Shown here: positions 37,942 through 48,600 of the stretch, piece by piece
Layout of the letters: every line of letters starts with the position of its first letter
Position numbering within the stretch: the stretch's first letter is position 1
Source of the DNA: a virus
IMG/VR virus record: IMGVR_UViG_3300040801_001812
Location: 75,527 to 139,526 of that record
Reading direction: 5' to 3' (one strand)
Length of the DNA stretch: 64,000 bases
Notes under the pieces: model-generated
Seen by the model: only the letters and a program-made list of their open reading frames with translations
Databases searched by the model: none
Told to the model about the DNA's origin: nothing
Program-made: the position numbers and the translations under genes

Positions 37942-38214
37942 TTACGGAACCAGCGCCCAGATGGCGTCGAAGTGGACCATCGATGCAACAAGATCCGTCA
38001 CGAGGTTGGTGATATTGGTGTCGAAAGTGCTTTCGTCACCAGCGTTCACGACCTTTTCTGGATACAGGTTGCGGGTGTCGATGTCATGCAGGGTCTGAAT
38101 CGCCGCCCAAATCTGCCAGTACGACAGTTGGAGAGCGCGTTCAGCCTGATCCGTACCTACCCTGAGATCAATCCCATCGGGCAGACTCTGGAGATCCATG
38201 TTCGGATATGCCAT
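37942..38214 (-). CDS. Small hypothetical (possibly structural) protein
   Basis: Strong AGGAGGT SD. Confidence 0.7.
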   Translation of the reverse strand: MAYPNMDLQSLPDGIDLRVGTDQAERALQLSYWQIWAAIQTLHDIDTRNLYPEKVVNAGDESTFDTNITNLVTDLVASMVHFDAIWALVP

Positions 38215-38322
38215 TCTGTTACCTCCTGTGGTTTAATGAGTGGTGTGAAACACCAGTTCCCTAATCACTCAATAATTTGGTTGGAGGTACAAGCAACCCG
38301 AATCGTGCCTGCTTTTTCAAGG

Positions 38323-38721
38323 TTATCGTTTTAGGGCTTGTTGTATATCCCCGTATAGGTCGGAAGGCATGGTAGCAACTTCGATTCTAGCGTCTTCGGT
38401 GAGACGCGAATTCAATACCTTCCCGCCCTTGATCAGGGGGATCAGATCGTCCACGCAGATCTCCCATTCATGGATGACCACACCCTTCGGAGGTTCGTCC
38501 TCTTCCCAGATGCGTTCCTGCGCGTACCAGTCTGTTAGAGCCGCTCTTTGGGAGAAGAAAGCCCTCTCGGCGAGATTGTCGGAAGGGTCTACCTTCCAGG
38601 CATACAGCTTCACTTTACGGTGCTTGCGTCGTATGATGCCCTCGATCAACTTTTGGCGGATCTTAGGGTCCGCATCAAGCTCACTGAGCTTGAGGACTTG
38701 CCGTTGCCTACGTAGGCTCAT
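38323..38721 (-). CDS. Hypothetical protein
   Basis: TAATG coupling; contains LIE|G and LTE|D. Confidence 0.65.
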   Translation of the reverse strand: MSLRRQRQVLKLSELDADPKIRQKLIEGIIRRKHRKVKLYAWKVDPSDNLAERAFFSQRAALTDWYAQERIWEEDEPPKGVVIHEWEICVDDLIPLIKGGKVLNSRLTEDARIEVATMPSDLYGDIQQALKR

Positions 38722-39446
38722 TAGTAGACCTTCCCACCTCTGAATTTTACGCTACGGCCATACCGCTGTCTATGCCACGCCTTGTTCGCCTTGTTCTGGG
38801 TGTAATGGGAATAGCGTACCCCCGCCTTCTTCACTCCCGCCCCTATCTTCTCGTAACCACCAAGATGACGAAGAGATTTGAACATCAACCCCATAGCGGC
38901 CATGGCAACCGGGGCATAGATAACCCACTCGAAGGGGATCTTATCGATCACACGACCTACAGGAGCAAATACCCTCTTCCAGAACAACCGGAGTTTTGTT
39001 CTACTCGGTCTCTCGGGCATCTTCTGTGCTTCGTATGCGGCCTTGGACCAGTCGATTTTCGCCAACACGGCTTCAACGGTCTTGTCGTCTGGCTCGTCCA
39101 GCCCCCGATCCTTGGCGATCCGCTTCATAATCGACTTCATATACGGGTTAATAGCTTGCGTCACATGAGCGTTAAATACTGACGAGGTAGTGACCGGAGC
39201 CATGTACCGAGGGTGGTGGGGGTCGAGGGTTGCTGGGTCTGGCTTATCCAAGTGGATAACCTTCGCTGCTTCGCTGAGCAGCCCACGATAATCACCCTCT
39301 TGAATCCTATCCACAAGGTTATCAAGACCGCGCACGACGTCCAGGGCCTCATCCTCCGTAACGTCTAGTCTCCGGGAGAGCACCATAGCGAGGTTGTCCA
39401 CTCCAGCAGCAACCTGACGGATCGCCTGTTCCTGTTCCGGGTGCAT
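38721..39446 (-). CDS. Hypothetical protein: acidic leader, basic body, hydrophobic segment
   Basis: Acidic first ~60 aa ending LLSE|AAK; WVIYAPVAMAAMGLMF. Confidence 0.7.
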   Translation of the reverse strand: MHPEQEQAIRQVAAGVDNLAMVLSRRLDVTEDEALDVVRGLDNLVDRIQEGDYRGLLSEAAKVIHLDKPDPATLDPHHPRYMAPVTTSSVFNAHVTQAINPYMKSIMKRIAKDRGLDEPDDKTVEAVLAKIDWSKAAYEAQKMPERPSRTKLRLFWKRVFAPVGRVIDKIPFEWVIYAPVAMAAMGLMFKSLRHLGGYEKIGAGVKKAGVRYSHYTQNKANKAWHRQRYGRSVKFRGGKVY

Positions 39447-40942
39447 TAGTACGCCCCATAAGAAGACGGCATCCCATCCAAGTACCAGTCGTTGATCTCA
39501 CGGCTGATATCCGGCAGGAGGCGGGCAACAAAATCATCGTAATACCGCTGGTTGAACGCTGGAGGTTGCCCATCCTTCTTGATCGTGAAATTGCCCATGA
39601 CGGCAGCGTTGAATTTAGCTGACTGCTGAACACTAGGCTTGTTCAGCGTGATCTTGATAGGGACATCAGCCTGCGGGTTGACTTTAATCGTGTAGATCCG
39701 TTTCAAATCCACCACGTCCCCGGTTGCTTCAGCATGGAGGCTATGGAGCTTCTCTAGGATCCGGCGTTCCTGTTCGGCTTTCGACGCAGGCACCTTGTTC
39801 TTCGACCGGAGGTGCATACTCGATGCCCCAAACTCCATAGCGTTCACAACAGGGTTGATCTCGATCTTACGGAGCGTACGCCCCGCCCAGTTCTTGGACC
39901 TACCTACCTTGGACGTCTTGACGCTGTCTACAACCATGGAAACCACAGCCGAGAGCATCTGGCGGACAACCCAACGGCCCGCTGACTCTGCGGCCACGGC
40001 TACCTCGTCCTTTACGATCTCCTTCAAACGAGGGATCATGACTTGATTGACCCAGGTTTTGACGCCCGCCTTACCACTACGCTCGTGTCTGCGTAGAAGT
40101 TCTCGGCTAGTAGCAGGTTGACCCAGCCAGTCCTCGATCTCCTTCGCCTCCTTGGAGTGTTGGGAGATCTCCATCTTGCCCGTTACAACAGGCATCACAT
40201 CCCGCTTAAGTGCGATAGAAGTCTCTTTCAGCACGTCAGTAGCAATCCGATCCTGGCGAGGTGTAAACCGTGGTTTAGGCTTACGGGGTCCACGTTTTCG
40301 AGGCTTCGGTTTCCGGCTATGTGTTGGATACCACTCGACTATAGAATCACGAACTTTTTCATCTTTGCCCTCCAAATTGAGCGACCGGCTGAGGTGCTTA
40401 GTTGCCCCCGGAGGAGCAACAAAGTACATCCCCATTCGGCCCGACGTGTACAGCTTGTTCTTGATGAACAGCGGTGAGAAGAACTGGCGCAAGAACCCTA
40501 GAAATACCTTCCTCTTGAACCGAGCTGACGGTACATCATTGGCAGGAAAAATGAGGGCCATATTATCGACCTTCGCGATCTGCTTCGCAAGAGCCGGGAA
40601 GTCTGTCCGGAAGTAGTTACGGTTCTTGATATGGCGTGGGTGAACCGAGACCTCGCCGATAACCGCAGCTTTGTTCACATCAATACCGTGCATTTGAAGC
40701 TCATGAATTGATGGAAGTTCGATCATCCGGTAGGTTACGTTCTGCTGGATATCCAGAAGTGTATGGGACTTCTTGGGGTAAAACGCGTGTTGGAAAATGG
40801 GCACCTCTACCCGCACCCGCTTCGAGGGGTGGAGTTCGTAACCACGCAGCGTCAGATCCATACCGTTAGTCCACTCGATATACGGGGCATTGGGGAACCC
40901 GGTGTGTGCTGATGCTCGTTTGTGAAGCGCCGTACGCGACAT
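39446..40942 (-). CDS. Basic hypothetical protein
   Basis: 498 aa ORF in the operon with GGAGGT SD; RKPKPRKRGPRKPKPR. Confidence 0.75.
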   Translation of the reverse strand: MSRTALHKRASAHTGFPNAPYIEWTNGMDLTLRGYELHPSKRVRVEVPIFQHAFYPKKSHTLLDIQQNVTYRMIELPSIHELQMHGIDVNKAAVIGEVSVHPRHIKNRNYFRTDFPALAKQIAKVDNMALIFPANDVPSARFKRKVFLGFLRQFFSPLFIKNKLYTSGRMGMYFVAPPGATKHLSRSLNLEGKDEKVRDSIVEWYPTHSRKPKPRKRGPRKPKPRFTPRQDRIATDVLKETSIALKRDVMPVVTGKMEISQHSKEAKEIEDWLGQPATSRELLRRHERSGKAGVKTWVNQVMIPRLKEIVKDEVAVAAESAGRWVVRQMLSAVVSMVVDSVKTSKVGRSKNWAGRTLRKIEINPVVNAMEFGASSMHLRSKNKVPASKAEQERRILEKLHSLHAEATGDVVDLKRIYTIKVNPQADVPIKITLNKPSVQQSAKFNAAVMGNFTIKKDGQPPAFNQRYYDDFVARLLPDISREINDWYLDGMPSSYGAY

Positions 40943-40943
40943 A

Positions 40944-43199
40944 TTACCTCCGCAAGAACGAAACGTCCCAGGACTGCACGCCCGCCTTAGCAGACTTGTA
41001 ACGCTCCGACCAGGACTTGTGGCGAACCTTTGGGTAGGGCTTGTTCGTCGTCATGGGGGCAGTACGTGTGTGCATCACTGCCCGATCCGGAGAAGGCAAC
41101 TGGCCTCGGGGATCAGTGTCGTAACCCCGCATGATCCTGTCATGCCGACGCACATTTGCCATCTTCTGGGACGCGCCGAACTTCGTATCTGCTGTTGCTT
41201 CCAGCCCTGGGCGCATGTGGGATGGGATCTTGGGTGCTACACGCTTTACCTTCTTAGGAAGCGGGTTCTGTAGCCAGCCGAAGAAAAGCCCGTCTAAGAC
41301 CGAGTGATTAAAGAAGTGCGTCTTAATCGTTTTGATTAGCGTGTTTGTGGCCTCTGGATACGGGTTCAACTTCATGACAACAAGGGGGACGATCCAGTCT
41401 CGGATCACGGCGATGATCGTGTGATACCGCCCGTAACGCTGCCCGTATTGATGATAGCGTTGGATCTGCTTCAACCCAGCCTGTTCTGACATCCGCATGG
41501 TTTCGAAATCAGAACGGGTCAGGGGGTGCACGGTAACTTCTTTGAGGAACTGAGTTACCTTCTGATCCCCAATCTTGTGCGTTCGCACAGTGTTTTGAAA
41601 GACCTTGTTCTGGATCGTGTTGTGCACCTTAGCTATAGAATCCAGCCGCTTGGGGTCGTGGCGCATCTGCTCGATGTGGCTTTTGGTAATCAAGCCGGTA
41701 GCCAATAGGCGACGACGGTTCTCTTCCATCTCACGGTCAAACGCGAGGATGCTATCCTGGTGCTTTTCAGCCGCCTTGAGGTGCCCCTCTAGGTACGACC
41801 GCATGGCTTCCAAGTCTGAAGTGTTGTTAGAGGCATCCAATTCTTTGGCGTACTCTAAGGCACGGGCGATACTCGTGTACCGGTGCTCCCCCTTGAACAT
41901 GAGCTTTTTGCTCTCTGGGGATAGCCCGGTCAACCAGTTGGCGAACTGGGTGTAGTTACGGCTTTTCCCGGTCTGAGAGAATCCAGATTCATGACCCGTA
42001 CGGGTCTGCCCCTTACCGCTGCCCTTACTCTGTTTCGCGGCTCCCTTAGCAGCCCTCTTAGCTGCCTTCTTCGCGGCTTTCTTAGCTGCCTTCTTCGCGG
42101 CTTTCTTAGCTGCTGCATTTTCCTGTTCCGCAGCCACATCTGCCTTGGTCTTCACAGGCTCAGGCTGGGCATCGGGACCGGATCCATACTCAGGGGAGTC
42201 TCCCATGTAAGCGTCAAAGTCGTCCTGTGATGGCAGGTTATCATCTACGCCATCAGCCGACCAGCCCGTTGGAGCTGCTGCGCTCTTCTTCCCATTCTTG
42301 CCCTTAGGCTTTGTGTCGGGAGGCGTAGAATCGTCGCTGTCGGTCTTTGGACCCTGCTCGTCGTTTGCTCCAGGGGTGCCGAAAAGCGGATCGAGGATCT
42401 CATCCGTGTTCGTAGTCCCGCCACTAGCCTGATCCAACATGGCTTTGTGGTCTAAGTGGTCCTGGGCAGTCGGGAACCGCGTGAGCATTCGTTCATGGAT
42501 AACGCGGTACAGGGCTTCAGTTGCTTGGTCAAAACGCTGCCTTCCTCCTCCGACAAATTTCAGGTTTAACCCCTTGTTACTTCCGGAGTAGTCTTGCATG
42601 TCAGCCAGAAGATTATCCACCCGGTGCTTGAAGGCTTCTTTACTACGGCGGTCGTACTTCGGGCGACCCGTTTTTTGATTTTCTCCGGAGGGTTCTGGGG
42701 TAGGAAGGACGCCCAAGTCCGCGAGCGTATCAACCATACTCATAACTTGGTCCTTACCCATGGCCGTGAGACCACCACCGTCACCCAGAAGTCCTTCTCC
42801 GGGATCGGCGATAGTTGAAACAGCCGCTGCTAGAAGGGCAGCATCATCGCTGAGCTTAGGACCGCCCGCTTCCTCTACGAGGCTTACGATTTCTTGGAAT
42901 CGAGACCCCCCTTTTTTGCCCTCTGTGAGGGCCTCTACGCGGGGGGTCCGTTCTGGTGTAATCAGACTTCGCTGAGGGTTCATGTTGCCTCGGGCGATGT
43001 TGTTCGTGTACTTCTTGCACTTACGGTAGTTGAAACCCACGAACGGGCACATCGCGCCGTCCAGAGCACAGAACTCCCCCTGCTCCTGGTCCAGGAAAGG
43101 GCAACGGCGGGAAGCGTCTGTGGCGGGCAGGGAAACACCGGGACCGCCTTGGTCCCCGTAGAACATGCCCAGGTCTGGAAAACGGCTGTCTCTTGGCAT
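40944..43199 (-). CDS. Hypothetical protein with N-terminal Cys4 motif and histone H1-like AKK repeats
   Basis: CPF..C..CPF..C; LTE|GKK; AAKKAAKKAAKKAAKKAAKRAAK. Confidence 0.75.
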   Translation of the reverse strand: MPRDSRFPDLGMFYGDQGGPGVSLPATDASRRCPFLDQEQGEFCALDGAMCPFVGFNYRKCKKYTNNIARGNMNPQRSLITPERTPRVEALTEGKKGGSRFQEIVSLVEEAGGPKLSDDAALLAAAVSTIADPGEGLLGDGGGLTAMGKDQVMSMVDTLADLGVLPTPEPSGENQKTGRPKYDRRSKEAFKHRVDNLLADMQDYSGSNKGLNLKFVGGGRQRFDQATEALYRVIHERMLTRFPTAQDHLDHKAMLDQASGGTTNTDEILDPLFGTPGANDEQGPKTDSDDSTPPDTKPKGKNGKKSAAAPTGWSADGVDDNLPSQDDFDAYMGDSPEYGSGPDAQPEPVKTKADVAAEQENAAAKKAAKKAAKKAAKKAAKRAAKGAAKQSKGSGKGQTRTGHESGFSQTGKSRNYTQFANWLTGLSPESKKLMFKGEHRYTSIARALEYAKELDASNNTSDLEAMRSYLEGHLKAAEKHQDSILAFDREMEENRRRLLATGLITKSHIEQMRHDPKRLDSIAKVHNTIQNKVFQNTVRTHKIGDQKVTQFLKEVTVHPLTRSDFETMRMSEQAGLKQIQRYHQYGQRYGRYHTIIAVIRDWIVPLVVMKLNPYPEATNTLIKTIKTHFFNHSVLDGLFFGWLQNPLPKKVKRVAPKIPSHMRPGLEATADTKFGASQKMANVRRHDRIMRGYDTDPRGQLPSPDRAVMHTRTAPMTTNKPYPKVRHKSWSERYKSAKAGVQSWDVSFLRR
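42056..42113. repeat. 24-bp tandem repeat (about 2.4 copies) encoding KKAAKKAA
   Basis: tcttagctgccttcttcgcggctt twice plus a partial copy. Confidence 0.9.
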
Positions 43200-43202
43200 T
43201 GG

Positions 43203-43571
43203 CTACGCTCCTGCGATCAGATCGTATACAGCGGGGTCTGTTCCTGATGTCTCCGTAATAACGAGGTCCGTTACTAGGGTATTCAAGAGGATAAGCATCC
43301 CCGATGTAGACATCGGGAACACCGCAGCGTCGGAACTGTCATCTGTGACTTCGACCGAGACTGCCCCTGAAGACAAAGAAAATAGGATCGCTGTTGCCTT
43401 GTTAGAGGGCAGGTCGTTGAAGTGAACCTCATGCGCTTCTCCCGCAGGAACGGAAGAGCGCAAGCGGCTCATCATCATGTCCACATCCAGAGAAGGCGCG
43501 ATACGCACCAACTCCTTCCGATCTACCTCGGTGGAGTGGTAGACCGACCCATCGAATGATAGGGTCGGCAT
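43203..43571 (-). CDS. Small beta-rich hypothetical protein
   Basis: ORF in the operon with SD. Confidence 0.65.
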   Translation of the reverse strand: MPTLSFDGSVYHSTEVDRKELVRIAPSLDVDMMMSRLRSSVPAGEAHEVHFNDLPSNKATAILFSLSSGAVSVEVTDDSSDAAVFPMSTSGMLILLNTLVTDLVITETSGTDPAVYDLIAGA

Positions 43572-43574
43572 GAC

Positions 43575-44060
43575 TTAGTCTCCAACAAACAGATTCGAGA
43601 AGTCCACGATCTCGTTGACGTCAGCCATCACCTGCGCGAAGCGGGCACCCGCCTCGGCTGCGTTGATCTTACCGGCGCGGAGATCCCCGGCCACCTCGGA
43701 CAACTCATCGTAGTGAAGATGGAGGGCGCGTTTCTGGAAATTGGGAACGGCCAGTGTATAGCACGAACTCAATCTCTCAACTGCACTGTCCAGCTTCTCC
43801 AGAAGCGATCCAGTAGGGAGTTTCGTGGGGTTGACTTCCACGTTCTCCGAGATCACCTCATCAATGTCTGAAAGCTCTTCATACCACATTTTCATAGCGT
43901 CTGCTCCTTCACCATAGTGGTGGTTGTTCCACCCACGGGCACGGGTGTCCCGTGCAACTTCGTCTCCCCCTCTGAGAAGGGAAGCAACAGCGGCCTGGAT
44001 CGCGTCATCATCCACGATCTGGGACGCTCTAGCTAGCGGTTCACCTGTGCCACGAGGCAT
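43575..44060 (-). CDS. Acidic helical hypothetical protein
   Basis: ORF in the operon with GGAG SD. Confidence 0.7.
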   Translation of the reverse strand: MPRGTGEPLARASQIVDDDAIQAAVASLLRGGDEVARDTRARGWNNHHYGEGADAMKMWYEELSDIDEVISENVEVNPTKLPTGSLLEKLDSAVERLSSCYTLAVPNFQKRALHLHYDELSEVAGDLRAGKINAAEAGARFAQVMADVNEIVDFSNLFVGD

Positions 44061-44063
44061 GGA

Positions 44064-44429
44064 TTACTCCAAGCCCGCCATGACTGCGACGAAATTGTCA
44101 TGGAACATATCAAGCTGCGCGGAAGCAGCCTCAACGTATCCTTCACTCTCGACCACGTCGTCAATCTCAGAGATCGCCTCGGCGACCTCGGTGTCACTGC
44201 ACTCGGCCAGCTCGGGGTCTTCCTTGGCACGTGCGATGTAATCGTCGAGCACGGAACGATGGCTGACCTCGGCTTCAATCAGTTGAGCAACGAGTTCTGC
44301 GTGAACGCCCAACAGATCATGGATCTTCTCGGCTTCGTCGATGTCTTGGATGTCTTCGAAAATCGATGGGGCCTTCTTGTCGTCTTCGTCAGTGGCCCAC
44401 TGGTAGTAAAGTGTGTCAATCGGGGTCAT
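44064..44429 (-). CDS. Very acidic small protein, candidate prohead core component
   Basis: D/E-rich with several [ILV]xE sites; GGAGG SD; own promoter motif. Confidence 0.65.
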   Translation of the reverse strand: MTPIDTLYYQWATDEDDKKAPSIFEDIQDIDEAEKIHDLLGVHAELVAQLIEAEVSHRSVLDDYIARAKEDPELAECSDTEVAEAISEIDDVVESEGYVEAASAQLDMFHDNFVAVMAGLE

Positions 44430-44464
44430 TTTGAATCCTCCCTAAAATACGCGAACGTACACCT

Positions 44465-44470
44465 AATAAA
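44465..44470 (-). promoter_or_regulatory. Putative late promoter motif
   Basis: TTTATTAGGTGTACGTT, a 17-nt string identical to the copy at 60487. Confidence 0.75.
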
Positions 44471-44480
44471 ACCCTATTGC

Positions 44481-45635
44481 TCAGATCTCTTCAAGAGAAT
44501 CCTCTCGTACTGGAAGAGAAACCCTTGTCGAGACAAAACTACGTCGTTTACGGGATCTCTGGCTACGCATCGTCGTGTTGAACGCTGAAGCCGAGATAAC
44601 CCGGTTCCCAGTACGAGACCACGCGGTCTCTCTGCGAAGAGCCTCTAACCGGTGGGCGGTGTTCTTGGCACGGTCCAGAGCAACCTGGATTTTCTGTTGC
44701 GCCTCATCGTGGTTGCGGGCTGTTACTTTTGCGATCCGACGAAGAACTCGGTCTTCATCCGGATCCGTCCGTGTCACACCGCGCCCCGGCGTGTATGTCT
44801 GGAACCCCTGGCCCCTATAACGCTGGATAAGGTTGTTGGGCATGTGGTCTTCAGGGATAAACTCACCAATCCCATACCACTCTTCCCCGTCCGGAACTCC
44901 GATGTTAGCCATGTGCTCGCGGATCCGCTTGCTGATACGGTCGTTCCACACCACGTCGGGTGGGGCAACTTCGTGATAGGTCAAACGGAAACCGACGCCC
45001 AACGGGGTGTACACATCCGGGTTATGGCCCCCGTCTCGCCCAATTTGTACGCGCCGAACCTTGGTAGCCCCTGTTCGCGTAGTACGGGTTCTGGATGCCC
45101 GCGAGTAGACCTTACCCAGCGGCTTATCCAGTACTTGCGAGGCGTACCTCTTGGCCGTCTCCATGGATGCAAAACGCATCCCAGGCAGGGTAGGATCCCA
45201 CGGAAGCCAGATCTCATGAAGACGGGGCTTAACTGGGTGGGGCATAACGCCCGCAGCTATCCCGCCTTTGGCCTGCAACCGCTTCAGCAGGATGTTGCCC
45301 AAGTCTTTACCCGACATCAGAGCCGTGGGCTTGGGTACATCAGCAACGATGATACTTGGGTGCTTCCATACCGTTCGGCCCGATGCTACGCCCAACACGT
45401 AATCACGCATCGCAGACGTTGAGGTTCCTACTTGACGGCCTCCGCTGTTGATTTGGGTATCATGGATGTACCCGATTGTCTTGGCCGTACCACCTTCCCA
45501 TGGGAGCCGAACCGTGCGGATCTCGAAGCTATGGCGTACGCCAGACTTACCGTAGTCAGCGTCTTCTGGCCGTGAATACTTCTGAGTCTTAACGGCAAGA
45601 TAAAACAGGCACTTCTCAACACTGATAAGGCCCAT
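44481..45635 (-). CDS. Basic hypothetical protein
   Basis: 384 aa ORF; TAATG coupling. Confidence 0.7.
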   Translation of the reverse strand: MGLISVEKCLFYLAVKTQKYSRPEDADYGKSGVRHSFEIRTVRLPWEGGTAKTIGYIHDTQINSGGRQVGTSTSAMRDYVLGVASGRTVWKHPSIIVADVPKPTALMSGKDLGNILLKRLQAKGGIAAGVMPHPVKPRLHEIWLPWDPTLPGMRFASMETAKRYASQVLDKPLGKVYSRASRTRTTRTGATKVRRVQIGRDGGHNPDVYTPLGVGFRLTYHEVAPPDVVWNDRISKRIREHMANIGVPDGEEWYGIGEFIPEDHMPNNLIQRYRGQGFQTYTPGRGVTRTDPDEDRVLRRIAKVTARNHDEAQQKIQVALDRAKNTAHRLEALRRETAWSRTGNRVISASAFNTTMRSQRSRKRRSFVSTRVSLPVREDSLEEI

Positions 45636-48600
45636 TAGTCAACTCTCATCATCTTAGCGGCCATGTGGGCACCGATGCCCCCAGGCACAGTTGAACGGCT
45701 CCGGTAATCCTTCTTGTGTTTTTTGCCCTGTTGGTATTTTCCGCTATCCCCATATTGGCGGTTTCGAATACTTTCCCAGTCAGTGTTGGAATACTCTTGA
45801 GGCTTGTACTGCGTCCAAGTGCCCGCACTTTCATTCTGGATAACTCCGAAGTGCATGGAGGCCCACTGGGCTAGAAGACGGGCATGTTCTTCTGGAAAGA
45901 GCTTACGGCGACCACCAAGATCGGTGACTTTCATCAAGCGTCCAACGGCCTTGTTATTCACCGACCGGCGAAGAAGACGGTAGAAGATTACCAACTTAGC
46001 GATATCTTCAGAAGGAGCCTTGACAGCAAGAACTCCGGTACGGTGCCCTGACGAGCCAACGGGGGCATGATACTCCGACAGCTTCATCTGCTTCACAACT
46101 TCTGGAACCCGAACAGTCCTCCCAGAAGAGCCAATCTCCTTCTTAACAAAACGTACGTATTGCCGTACGTTGTTCATCATGTCATACTCTTTTGTCCCCC
46201 GCTCAGGACGACGACGGAGCTGCACAGCTAGGAGATGCTGCATCATGTTGTTGATCTGCGTCTCAGTTGTGGTTTCTAGCTCCATCGCTTCACGGATGTA
46301 CTGGTCCCACGCGGCTTCACGCTGCTCGGCAGATCCGCTGTGTTCGTATGCCGAAAAAATACGCTTGATTACGTTCCCTGCTCTGTCAAAATGTGATTTG
46401 ATGACCGGGGAGAACTTCTCACCAAGGTCCATGTACTCCATTTCGGGTGTTGCATAAGGGGTGTGGTGGTCTACCACCCCGGCACTCACCGGGTCTGTGT
46501 CCCCTAGCCGTGCGCGGTTTCGAATAGAAGTGATGATCTTTTTGTCGTAATCTGGGCGCTGCACAAATTTGCCGGGGGGCGCAAAAACCGCCTTTCCAGT
46601 CTTTTTGTCGCGGATGTAGTAGTTGTTCCCTGCACGACTCACAAACTTGAACTCAACATCCGCGTCATCATCCGGATGAGATGCGCCTGCTCCCACAAAG
46701 GGCGTAGGAGCCGCAAAGAGATCAAGCTCTTGCATGGAACGCCGCTTACCCCTCGGAGTACGACGGAGGCGGTTCAACATCTCGTTATCAGTGATGATTT
46801 TACGAGCAGTCTTGTTCTTCGAAAGCAGGCCAAACTCTTTCTCAGCCGCAGACGGGGGCATCGCGACGACCATCATATACGCGTCATACGAGACCCCGTT
46901 AATCCGATAACCACGCTGAGTAACTTGGATCCCCTTCGGGAGCATCCTGTTGTACCGCTCACGTGCCTTCGGGTCTGTCGAGATCGAAGGCCGGATTAAA
47001 CGGGCGTACGGGAACGGCAGGTTAGGATGGGCGCGAATGAACGACCACGCATGGACCTGCTCAAAGAATTTGAAGTCTGAATGGTTGTCCCGTAGCCACT
47101 TCTTGAGGTGGGACTCACGCACCGATGTCAACTTCATGGGTTTGATCTTCACCCGCTTCGACCGGATGATGTTAAGCGGGATCATAAACGTCGGGCTGGC
47201 ATTCGTCTCCGACGCTCCATGAGCGAGCACGTACTGGATGAGGAAAAGCGCCCACGGCTCTTTCTTCCCACCACTAAACGCCTGCGTACGCCGCTTAGCC
47301 CGCCTCTTGTTGATCTCTCCACGAGACCAAACTAGCGGGAGTCTTTCCCCTTTGGAATTCAGGTACTTCGCCCCTTCAGCCGCTGAAAGATTGAACCCCA
47401 TAGGCTTTTTGAACCCCTTACGGAGCCAATTGACGTAGTTGTTCCAATCCTCTTCGTCAATGCCCTCTGGAGAGTCTGCCAGTGGGTTAGAGGGTGTTTC
47501 GAACATCCCCGCTTTCTTTACATCGTAGTTGAACTTCTGGAGCATATGAACCGGGAACATACGTTGTCCCTCGGCATTGGCGTTGTAGGCATCCTTGATG
47601 GTTGTTTCAACGGCCCGTTTGAACGCCTGAGCTTGGTCATCAGTACGCCGATCAAGCTCACGCTTAGAGATCATCATCCCGGCCTTCGGACCACTTGTTT
47701 GCACCATATAGTAGGCTAGGTGTGGTCGGTCGCCAGTGACTTCCCCGTAATGCTTTAAGGCCCCGTGATACAGGCTCTTGCTCTGGTACCACCACGTAGA
47801 ATCCCTCAACCCAGGACGGATGATCGGGTGGTCGATGTACAAGCCGAATACGGCCTTGTACCCCGGAACCTCAACGATAGCCTTTACGTTCTTAGCCGCA
47901 GGCATATCGAAGAGCGACCGCTGATCCACAGACTCAGCAGGTTTTGTGAAAGATCCGTCTGACAGCATCCAAACACGCATACGCTCGTCAGCCGTGACGG
48001 TCTCGTGGCGCATTTCCCCGCCCTCAGCTCGAATGGACCCCACTACAAGGCTTCCCGTAGCTGGGCGGTTAGGGCGAACAGGGGGCTTGGCCCGCTTGAT
48101 GTTCTTCAAGACGTCATGCTCGTCCCTGTGGTCCGCCATGGCGTGTTCAACGGTCTTCTGCGGACCCTCATGGGACTGGGTAGCAAAAACGTAAAATCCG
48201 GGCTGAGATGCGTACCCCCAAGCGGTGGTGACGTAGTACTGCATCAGACGGTCTACGAGCTGTTCCTGGGTATTGTGGCGGGTTACTGGGCTAATGAGCT
48301 TGGTGTAATCAGGGTCATCGATGTAACGGATAACCTCGGGTGTTCCGCCCAGATGGTGAATCGCCTTCCCGGTCACCTTGAATTGCAGCGAAGGGTGCCC
48401 CTCAGGGGTGCGGATGGTAGTCCGGGTGAGGTCAATCCACCCCAACACCTGCTTGTTAGACTGATACCACGCACGCCCTTTTGACATCAGAGCACGGGCA
48501 ACAGCCGCCCTATCTCCCTTTTCGTAGTGTTTCTGCCCTTCTGCAACGAGCTTTTCGAATACTGAACGATCCGGCCCCACAAGGTACACCCGCATCTTGG

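Noticed and set aside
22992-42113. Short direct repeats considered as CRISPR or DGR template/variable repeats
   Set aside because: They are in-frame coding duplications with no spacers, no adenine-specific mismatches, and no cas or reverse transcriptase gene in the window
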